DNA of 64,000 nucleotides from the NCBI GenBank assembly GCA_903875045.1, contig CAIQUS010000060.1:5690-69689 (forward strand). The letters are read 5' to 3'. Numbering within the stretch: the first letter of the stretch is position 1; every line of letters begins with the position of its first letter. The translations under genes and the position numbers were made by a program. The notes beneath the pieces are model-generated. The model was not told the DNA's origin. It did not search any database and was given only the letters and a program-made list of their open reading frames with translations. Below are positions 57,960 through 64,000 of the stretch, piece after piece. Source of the stretch: an uncultured Bacteroidales bacterium. GTDB lineage: Bacteria; Bacteroidota; Bacteroidia; Bacteroidales; FEN-979.

Positions 57960-59591
57960 TTATTTTCTGATCGTTTCCGCAGATACAGAATCTGCTTTGG
58001 CTTTGCGCTCATCAGCACCCTGATTCACTTCAATCCCGTTTTCGGTCATTTGAAAAGTGGATTCATCTGAGGAATTTATCATGTAATACCAAAATAATTT
58101 AAGTTTTTGGAACTCGGGGGTGAAATGGATGTATTTCCCCCTGGGAACCCTGATAATCACATCGATGATTTGACCACGCCAGCATTCTTCCTTGGGAAGT
58201 CGCAGAAACGGACTGATTTTCAGTGTTGACCCTGATGTGGCTGATTGGAAACGGAGCGCAGTGAGGTGTTGATGTGCCTCCAGCCTGGATTTTCCGCGGG
58301 CCATGGCAACTTGTGTAATGGAAAACAGGCTGTCATTCGATTCTTCAATCTGAATTTTTGGCAAAACATACAACTCCTTGTCTTCTGAAATGATCGTTTT
58401 CCAGTCAGCGAGTAAAATATATTGATCGTTGTCGAGATACTTCATGCCGGGATCATCCTGGAACATAGAAACGAACAGGGTATCGCAATCCGGTTTTTCA
58501 AGTGCGATATCAATTTGTTTTTTGTCATCAAATTTATATAGGTTGTAAATTTTCAGCGCCGATGATGCAAGGAAAAAGAGGGCCAAAACCCAGATGTTGA
58601 ACATGGTAAGCCCAAGATGCCTGATCCGGTCAAAACGGAATACCATCCGCAGTCCGTTGTAAAAAAGCATCAATAATGGAATGCCCAATACCATCAGAAG
58701 GATTACCTGCAAAAACCCAACAGGCATATTGCATCCGATCAATAATTTTGCGAGTTCAGGAAAGGCAAGAACAGTGAACTCATTATCAGAATAAAGTCCG
58801 CCGGTCCATCCAAGTGTGTAGGCAAGCAGGGCGACAAGTAAACTAAGCCCGATGATGATCAGGATTATACCGGAAAGGATAACCAGTCCTCTCCCGAAAA
58901 AAGCCAGAACCTCAACAACTCCTTTTCCGATTACTTCAAAAAAGGATCGTGACCCTGCCCCGGCCCGTTTGACTGTTGCGGCAGATTCACTGGCCATTTG
59001 TCCGATCTGACCGCGAAGTGCAGAGATCTCTTTCCGCATGGATTCTTCGATGCTGGAGATGTTGACTTTTTTGCCACGCATCTCCAGTTTGTCGGTGGTT
59101 GACTGAGCTTCCGGGATGACAAACCAGAGAACGAGGTACAACAGGAAGCCGGAACCTCCGGCCGCAATAAATATGATGAAAATCAACCTTACCCATACCG
59201 GATCAAGGTGGAAGTATGCTGCAATACCAGAGCAAACACCGGCGATGATCTTTTCATCGGGATTCCTGAAAAACCGCTTATTTCCTTTTTCTGTGTCTGG
59301 TGATTGATTGTTGGACTGTGGGTTCTCCTCCGGGTCAATTTCAACCGGTTGTCCCATAATGGCAATGACCTCCGCCACCTCTTCCAGGGTAATAACCTGT
59401 TTCGTTTCTGAGCGTTTCTCATTCAGTATCTCAGCGATACGCGATTCGATGTCATTCAGGATATCCTGGTATCCTTCCTCCTGGCTGAAATGTTTTTTCA
59501 GGTTTTCAAGATATTGGTTCAAGGAAATATAGGCATCCTCATCAATGTGGAACACAATCCCGCCAAGGTTTATCGTCAGTGTTTTTTTCAT
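57960..59591 (-). CDS. PspC-domain membrane protein
   Basis: 543 aa. 'RFFRNPDEKIIAGVCSGIAAYFHLDPVWVRLIFIIF' is a PspC domain, followed by several TM segments and a long C-terminal region. Immediately downstream of padR. Confidence 0.75.
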   Translation of the reverse strand: MKKTLTINLGGIVFHIDEDAYISLNQYLENLKKHFSQEEGYQDILNDIESRIAEILNEKRSETKQVITLEEVAEVIAIMGQPVEIDPEENPQSNNQSPDTEKGNKRFFRNPDEKIIAGVCSGIAAYFHLDPVWVRLIFIIFIAAGGSGFLLYLVLWFVIPEAQSTTDKLEMRGKKVNISSIEESMRKEISALRGQIGQMASESAATVKRAGAGSRSFFEVIGKGVVEVLAFFGRGLVILSGIILIIIGLSLLVALLAYTLGWTGGLYSDNEFTVLAFPELAKLLIGCNMPVGFLQVILLMVLGIPLLMLFYNGLRMVFRFDRIRHLGLTMFNIWVLALFFLASSALKIYNLYKFDDKKQIDIALEKPDCDTLFVSMFQDDPGMKYLDNDQYILLADWKTIISEDKELYVLPKIQIEESNDSLFSITQVAMARGKSRLEAHQHLTALRFQSATSGSTLKISPFLRLPKEECWRGQIIDVIIRVPRGKYIHFTPEFQKLKLFWYYMINSSDESTFQMTENGIEVNQGADERKAKADSVSAETIRK

Positions 59592-59614
59592 GGATTATTA
59601 TATTGTATGTAAAG

Positions 59615-59944
59615 TCAGTTAATTCCGATTATTTTTTCTACCGATCCGATCAAATCCTGCCAATCGGCGGTCAGCCCTGCCAGGTATTTCATACCCGTTT
59701 CGGTAATCTGGTGGTATTTTCGCGGAGGCCCCGATTTCGACTCTTCCCAGCGATACACCGTGAGCCCGTCGTTTTTCAGCCGTGTGAGCAACGGGTACAA
59801 GGTTCCTTCAACAACGATGAGTTTTGCTTCCTTTAACTTCGTGATGATGTCGGAAGCATAAGCGTCCTGTTTTGCGATGATCGCCAGGATACAGAGTTCG
59901 AGGACTCCTTTTCGCATCTGGGCATTTTGGTTTTCTGTGTTCAT
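59615..59944 (-). CDS. PadR-family transcriptional regulator
   Basis: Start reset to 'MNTENQNAQMRKGVLELCILAII'. 'GTLYPLLTRLKNDGL' is a winged-helix PadR signature. Confidence 0.85.
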   Translation of the reverse strand: MNTENQNAQMRKGVLELCILAIIAKQDAYASDIITKLKEAKLIVVEGTLYPLLTRLKNDGLTVYRWEESKSGPPRKYHQITETGMKYLAGLTADWQDLIGSVEKIIGIN

Positions 59945-60015
59945 GCGGCAAAGGTAATATAATTTTAGTACTATGCAATGCAAGGTAGTATAATTTATGA
60001 TTTTTTAACAGAAGA

Positions 60016-60141
60016 GTGGGCGAGTGGACGAGTGGGCGAGTGGGCAGGTGAACGGGTTGACGGGTGAACGGGTGAACGGGTAAACGGGTAGACGGGCGAA
60101 CGGGTAAACGGGTAAACAGGTGGACGGGTGAACAGGTGTGG
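60016..60141 (+). repeat. Tandem octamer array, G-rich orientation, ~15.75 units (left arm of the four-helix-bundle cassette)
   Basis: gtgggcga gtggacga gtgggcga gtgggcag gtgaacgg gttgacgg gtgaacgg gtgaacgg gtaaacgg gtagacgg gcgaacgg gtaaacgg gtaaacag gtggacgg gtgaacag gtgtgg. Confidence 0.95.
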
Positions 60142-60205
60142 ATAAAAGTTATTAACAAAGGGCTTACTTTAATCATTTTTTCTGATAAAGCATTAAATAA
60201 AAGCA

Positions 60206-60556
60206 ATGTATGCACATAAAAAGTTATCTTTATGGCAGGGGAGTATGGATCTTGCGGTAATTGTTTATCGGGTTACAGCCGGATTCCCGAAATCCGAAAT
60301 GTTTGGATTATCAAGCCAGGTCAGGAGATCCGTAGTATCAATTCCAGCAAACATCAGTGAAGGAGCAGGCCGTGGCAGACCGAGAGAATTTATCAGGTTT
60401 CTAAGAATATCAAATGGTAGTCTTTCCGAACTTGATACACATTTGGATCTGGCTTTCCGACTCAATTATATCGAAGCGGAGACCTTTAACGATCTCACGG
60501 GCAAAATGAGAAAAATCAGTGCACAAATTTCCGGTTTGATCAGATCACTGGAATAA
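60206..60556 (+). CDS. Four-helix-bundle protein (23S rRNA intervening-sequence protein / S23p family, the fold family of DGR Avd)
   Basis: 116 aa. 'LAVIVYRVTAGFPKSEMFGLSSQVRRSVVSIPANISEGAGR....EFIRFLRISNGSLSELDTHL' is the characteristic signature of this family. Confidence 0.85.
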   Translation: MYAHKKLSLWQGSMDLAVIVYRVTAGFPKSEMFGLSSQVRRSVVSIPANISEGAGRGRPREFIRFLRISNGSLSELDTHLDLAFRLNYIEAETFNDLTGKMRKISAQISGLIRSLE

Positions 60557-60573
60557 AAACCAAAATATCATTT

Positions 60574-60645
60574 CACCCGTTTACCTGTTTACCTGTTTAC
60601 CTGTTTACCTGTTTACTTGTTCACTCGCCCACTCGTCCACACATT
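60574..60645 (+). repeat. Tandem octamer array, C-rich orientation, 9 units (right arm, mirror image of 60016-60141)
   Basis: cacccgtt tacctgtt x4 tacttgtt cactcgcc cactcgtc cacacatt. 60622-60640 is the exact reverse complement of 60024-60042 (19 nt). Confidence 0.95.
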
Positions 60646-60650
60646 TTCCT

Positions 60651-60658
60651 TAACTTTG
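60651..60658 (+). promoter_or_regulatory. Candidate -7 box (TAacTTTG) for sufE
   Basis: taactttg lies 21 nt upstream of the ATG at 60679, directly after the array. Confidence 0.4.
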
Positions 60659-60678
60659 CTCCTTAAATATAGCCTCCT

Positions 60679-61104
60679 ATGACCATCCCAGAAAAAGAAT
60701 CCCAAATCATCACCGAGTTCGCCATGTTCGACGACTGGATTGATAAATACAATTACCTTATTGAACTTGGGAAAACACTTAACGTGATCGAAGAACAGTA
60801 TAAAACAGACCAATACCTGATTACCGGATGCCAGTCGAAGGTGTGGCTTCACGCATCCATCAGGGAAGGCAAGGTGGTTTTCACCGGCGACAGCGATGCC
60901 ATCATCACAAAAGGGATTGTGAGCCTGCTGATACAGGTGCTTTCCGATCAAACCCCCGATGAAATCATCCAGGCAAAACTGGAATTTATCGACAAGATCG
61001 GTTTGCAGGAACACCTCTCACCAACCCGCAGCAACGGACTTTCGGCGATGATCAAACAGATGAAACTTTATGCCACTGTATTTAAAATGAAACGCGGAAA
61101 CTAA
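60679..61104 (+). CDS. sufE: SufE-family cysteine desulfuration (sulfur acceptor) protein
   Basis: 141 aa. 'DWIDKYNYLIELGK' and 'ITGCQSKVWL' (persulfide-accepting Cys) motifs. Confidence 0.85.
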   Translation: MTIPEKESQIITEFAMFDDWIDKYNYLIELGKTLNVIEEQYKTDQYLITGCQSKVWLHASIREGKVVFTGDSDAIITKGIVSLLIQVLSDQTPDEIIQAKLEFIDKIGLQEHLSPTRSNGLSAMIKQMKLYATVFKMKRGN

Positions 61105-61108
61105 CTAA

Positions 61109-61150
61109 AACCGTTCACACCTTTATCTCCACCCGTTACCCGTCCACCCT
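61109..61150 (+). repeat. Degenerate C-rich octamer array after the sufE stop
   Basis: ccgttcac acctttat ctccaccc gttacccg tccaccct. The 8-nt phase is weak but recognisable and the words are shared with neighbouring arrays. Confidence 0.5.
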
Positions 61151-61156
61151 ATAATT

Positions 61157-61240
61157 CCGTACCTACGGCACGGAAAATGGTTATGATCTATGACTGGCTA
61201 CCAAAAGTTGGCTCCTACGGAGCCGGAAGGTAAATTTGCC
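61157..61240 (+). repeat. 84-nt double-hairpin element, copy 1
   Basis: Hairpin 1 is ccgtacc-tac-ggcacgg and hairpin 2 is ggctcc-tac-ggagcc, 53 nt apart. 72 of 84 positions are identical to copy 2, and both hairpins are 100% conserved. Confidence 0.85.
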
Positions 61241-61242
61241 TG

Positions 61243-61346
61243 CCACTCGTCCACTCGTCCACTTGCCCACTCGTCCACTCGTCCACTTGCCCACTCGCCC
61301 ACTCGTCCACTCGCCCACTTGCCCACTCGCCCACTCGCCCAACTGA
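61243..61346 (+). repeat. Tandem octamer array, C-rich, 13 units, abutting the ATPase stop codon
   Basis: ccactcgt x2 ccacttgc ccactcgt x2 ccacttgc ccactcgc ccactcgt ccactcgc ccacttgc ccactcgc x2 ccaactga. Confidence 0.95.
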
Positions 61347-62470
61347 TCACCCTAAAACCTCCGGATAATTCTTCCGATTAACTTCCCTGAATGTGAAAGG
61401 TTGATATTCTTTGCTAAAACTTTCAGGTATCCGGATTCTCTTTGATGGACTCCATTTAAACTCAAAAGCCTCAAATTCGGCATTTTTTTCCCGCACCAGG
61501 TCAACTTCCTGTTGCTGGTGTGTCCGCCAGAAATAATAAGAGGCGATATTGTCCTCATATTGATCTTTCTTGATGATTTCGCTAACGAGGTAGTTCTCCC
61601 ACAATTTTCCGGTATCATCACGTAATGCAAGTGGGTTGAACTGATTGATCAGGGCGTTTCTTATACCGTTGTCCCAAAAATAGACCTTTCGGGATTTCTT
61701 TATTTCATTGCGTTGATTCCTTGCAAGTGATGGCAGTGTGAAAATTACAAACGACTTTTCCAGAAGATCGAGGTAGCGGATCACGGTATTCCGGTCGCAT
61801 CCTGCAGTTTCTCCCAATTCGGTGAGGGAAACTTCACCGGTGATCTGGAGTGCAAGTGCTTTCAATATTTTGGGAATGATGCTGGGTTTTCTGACCGAAT
61901 CCAATGACAAAATATCCTTGTACAGGTAATCTCCTGCAAGTTCATGAAGGAGCTTTGGCTTTTCCAGTTGTGAAAGAACAATTTCCGGATACATGCCGTA
62001 AATTAGCCGCTGTTCAAGCAGCCGGTTTTCTTCCATTTCCGAAAAAGCCCCGGTCAGTTCTGAATAAGAAAACGGGTGAAGTTGAAACTCAAGTTTTCTT
62101 CCGGTAAGCGGCTCGTGAATAGTGTCCCGTAACCCCAGTGCAGAGGATCCTGTGACAATCAGTTGAATATCCTTCAGATGATCAGTAATCAGTTTTAGTG
62201 TAACGCCAATGTTTTGAATCCGCTGTGCTTCATCGATGATCAGCAATTCCTTGTTTCCAATCCTGTGCTTGAGTTCTGTCGAACCTGGACGGTTGAGAAA
62301 CTGTTCCACATCCGGTTCATCACAATTCAGGAATAAAAATGATTTTCCGATGATTTTGCCAATTCCAGCGCCAGTGTTGTTTTCCCGACCTGCCGTGCAC
62401 CGGTGATGTGAACTGCTTTCCCACTGAAAAGGTATTTTTCAATGACCGCCTGAAGCTTCCTCTGAATCAT
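61347..62470 (-). pseudogene. AAA+ ATPase (AAA_14 + DUF4143 type) interrupted by a -1 frameshift in a homopolymer
   Basis: The N-terminal 47 codons 'MIQRKLQAVIEKYLFSGKAVHITGARQVGKTTLALELA...' (Walker A) stop at 62327-62329. The +2 frame continues 'KIIGKSFLFLNCDEPDVEQFLN...IIDEAQRI...' into the 320-aa ORF. The switch maps to the A4 run at 62354-62357. Confidence 0.75.
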
Positions 62471-62532
62471 AATATATGAATTAATTCACAAGTTTAATAT
62501 AAAATTCATGAATAGGTTCCTATATTTTAATA

Positions 62533-62572
62533 AATGGCGAAATGTCGAAATGGCGAAATAGCGAAATCAGAT
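62533..62572 (+). repeat. Tandem octamer array (AATGGCGA type, 5 units)
   Basis: aatggcga aatgtcga aatggcga aatagcga aatcagat. This is the reverse complement of the CCATTTCG word family. Confidence 0.9.
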
Positions 62573-62587
62573 TTCCTGTAAATAATC

Positions 62588-62671
62588 CCGTACCTACGGC
62601 ACGGAAAATCATTATAATTACTGACCGGCTATCAATATTTGGCTCCTACGGAGCCGAAAGGTAAATTCGCC
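62588..62671 (+). repeat. 84-nt double-hairpin element, copy 2
   Basis: Same two hairpins with the same 53-nt spacing as copy 1. It is flanked by inverted arrays (62533-62572 and 62663-62694). Confidence 0.85.
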
Positions 62672-62766
62672 ATTTCGCCATTTTCCCATTTTCCCTGTTT
62701 ACCCGTTCACCTGTTTCCCTTTCCACCTGCCCACTCGCCCACTTGCCCACTTGCCCACCTGGTCAC
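62663..62766 (+). repeat. Tandem octamer array, 13 units, with a stepwise gradient of unit types, abutting the oxidoreductase stop codon
   Basis: aaattcgc catttcgc cattttcc x2 ctgtttac ccgttcac ctgtttcc ctttccac ctgcccac tcgcccac ttgcccac x2 ctggtcac. Confidence 0.95.
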
Positions 62767-63407
62767 CTCCTCAACAATTTAAACGCATGTCCCCACTCAT
62801 TCCTGAGAAATCCCGGGATACACCACAACATACACAGTGGTTCAATAGCTCTTGCAGCCTCAACCGCACCCATATCCTCAGTTTCCCAGCCAAACTGGCC
62901 GAGGATGGCAGTTACCTGTCTTTTTGCCTCCGGATCGTTACCGCATATAAACATGGATGGTTTGATCCCGCCGAAATCGGGGTTGATCATAAAGTTGTTT
63001 CCCACGCTGTTAAAGGCTTTAACAAACCGTGCTTCGGGCACCACCAACTGCAACTGTTCCATCTGGGAACTGCCGAGATTGGTGTAATATTGCAGTACTC
63101 CGTTCACGGGGGCAGCATCGGCAATAGGATTCGTGGTATCAATCACGATCTTTCCTCGAAAATTGGTAATACCCGCAAGTTGGAGGGCTGCTTCTGCCAT
63201 GTTTCCTTTTACGGCAAGGACGATGATTTCTCCGAATGCAGCAGCATCTCTGAAGCTCCCTGTAACGGCATTGTTCGTTTTGAGCCATTCAGCCAGTTTC
63301 GAAATGTCTCTTGTGCCCAGCATTACGTCATATCCGTGTTTCAGGAAGCCACTTCCCAGCATCTGGGCGACAACGCCTGAACCTAAAATTCCGATTTTTG
63401 TTTTCAT
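62763..63407 (-). CDS. NAD(P)-binding oxidoreductase (NADPH-dependent F420 reductase / ProC-like Rossmann family)
   Basis: 214 aa. The N-terminal 'KIGILGSGVVAQMLGSGFLKHGYDV' dinucleotide fold and overall similarity recalled to NpdG-like proteins. Confidence 0.7.
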   Translation of the reverse strand: MKTKIGILGSGVVAQMLGSGFLKHGYDVMLGTRDISKLAEWLKTNNAVTGSFRDAAAFGEIIVLAVKGNMAEAALQLAGITNFRGKIVIDTTNPIADAAPVNGVLQYYTNLGSSQMEQLQLVVPEARFVKAFNSVGNNFMINPDFGGIKPSMFICGNDPEAKRQVTAILGQFGWETEDMGAVEAARAIEPLCMLWCIPGFLRNEWGHAFKLLRR

Positions 63408-63456
63408 TGTTTTTGAAGGTTTGGTTTATGATTGGTTAGTATACTTGGGTTTGTTG

Positions 63457-63507
63457 GCAAGTGGGCGAGTGGGCGAGTGGACAAGTGGACGAGTGGGCGG
63501 GTGGGGG
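63457..63507 (+). repeat. Tandem octamer array, G-rich orientation, ~6 units
   Basis: gcaagtgg gcgagtgg gcgagtgg acaagtgg acgagtgg gcgggtgg ggg. Confidence 0.9.
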
Positions 63508-63630
63508 AAATTAGTTGTTCCTGGATTTCCACCCGGCAATTACCTCTTTCAAATGAACCCTTCTCTGTTGGCAAAGGAGGAGAGTTTTTGGGGTAAAGTG
63601 TTGTATGTCCTTCCGAGCGCATGGATCGAT

Positions 63631-64000
63631 TCATGAAGAAGTATTATTATCCCCATGTGTCCACCTGCCCACTCGTCCACTCGCCCACTTGCCCACCTTT
63701 TTCCTTATCCTCCCGACCACCGAAAACCTCGACATATCTATCAGTTTATGATTCAGCAGATAGGTAATCACCCTTTTTTCGATTTCATGGTGGAGCGGAA
63801 GGAGGATTGCTATGAGAAAAATTTTAATAAGCAGTACTTTCCAGGGTTCGCCATGAGTGATCTCTTCTATCCTGTGATCAGCCAGTAAAATAATGAACTC
63901 AAAGAGGAAGATGAATGAGAAGAAACCCAGCATCCTGATGATCCACTCGGGAACCTTCAGGCTCCCAAGCATGATCAATAATACAAATGCCGAAAGGATC
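63631..64000 (-). CDS. C-terminal fragment of a membrane protein; reading frame is open to the window edge and its last ~16 codons lie in an octamer array
   Basis: There is no in-frame stop between 63978 and 64000. Two hydrophobic helices are visible. The tail '...KKVGKWASGRVGRWTHGDNNTSS' is translated from the array at 63653-63700. Confidence 0.35.
   Translation of the reverse strand, partial: ILSAFVLLIMLGSLKVPEWIIRMLGFFSFIFLFEFIILLADHRIEEITHGEPWKVLLIKIFLIAILLPLHHEIEKRVITYLLNHKLIDMSRFSVVGRIRKKVGKWASGRVGRWTHGDNNTSS
63653..63700 (+). repeat. Tandem octamer array, C-rich orientation, 6 units (inverted partner of 63457-63507)
   Basis: ccatgtgt ccacctgc ccactcgt ccactcgc ccacttgc ccaccttt. Its reverse complement has the same unit order as 63457-63507. 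Confidence 0.9.

Noticed and set aside
59808-60215. ORFs whose products are runs such as 'PVHLFTRLPVRPSTRLPVHPFTRQPVHLPTRPLVHSPT' (also 61190-61381 'STRPLAHSSTRPLAH...' and 63404-63634).
   Set aside because: These are translations of the octamer arrays, where the 8-nt period gives a 24-nt (8-aa) pseudo-repeat. They have no start context or non-repeat domain, so I treat them as non-coding repeats.
60206-60556. Four-helix-bundle protein as the Avd component of a diversity-generating retroelement.
   Set aside because: The window has no reverse transcriptase ORF. I could not find a template/variable repeat pair (a ~100-nt repeat differing at adenines). The fold family is shared, but a DGR is not supported here.
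60016-63700. Possibility that the tandem arrays are CRISPR arrays.
   Set aside because: The period is 7-8 nt with no unique spacers and no repeat of 23-50 nt. No cas genes are present in the window.
59990-63700. Calling the array-bounded region a transposon, integron or genomic island.
   Set aside because: No transposase, integrase, attC-like sites of integron type, or target-site duplications could be identified. Mobility is a hypothesis only, so I annotated repeats rather than a mobile element.

Overview
This window reads as a chromosomal segment of a Bacteroidota genome. The evidence is five cargo proteins with C-terminal T9SS sorting domains, gldF/gldG gliding genes, a TonB receptor with a CarboxypepD_reg domain, and TAnnTTTG -7 promoter boxes. 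Most of it is densely packed housekeeping. It contains panC, amt with an upstream porin, a LuxR-type two-component system, rpmB, cinA, purC, phoH, mgsA, gdhA, thiL and a DEAD-box helicase. It also carries a complete group-1-like [NiFe] uptake hydrogenase operon (small, large, cytochrome b, protease), glycan genes (sugar transferase, DegT aminotransferase, flippase, O-antigen ligase) and a mazEF-type toxin-antitoxin pair. The suf Fe-S assembly genes (sufB, sufC, sufD ... sufS ... sufE) are scattered over 13 kb rather than contiguous. I found no rRNA, tRNA, CRISPR array, transposase or integrase. The unusual signal is non-coding. At least 15 short-period tandem arrays (mostly 8 nt, some 7 or 14 nt) sit in intergenic spacers. 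Several start exactly at a stop codon, and one lies in frame inside an MFS transporter gene. The period is conserved, but the unit sequence differs between loci and drifts stepwise within arrays. They resemble cyanobacterial STRR repeats. Arrays often occur as mirror-image inverted pairs that could form long stems around a payload. In the densest region (59.99-63.7 kb) the payloads are a four-helix-bundle (23S rRNA IVS-protein / Avd-like) gene, an 84-nt double-hairpin element present in two copies, and an uncharacterised 145-nt segment. A frameshifted AAA ATPase gene and a small oxidoreductase gene are also delimited by arrays. My leading candidate for an undescribed system is an IVS-like, stem-flanked cassette architecture outside rRNA. 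All family assignments come from recognising motifs in the supplied translations. No database search was possible.
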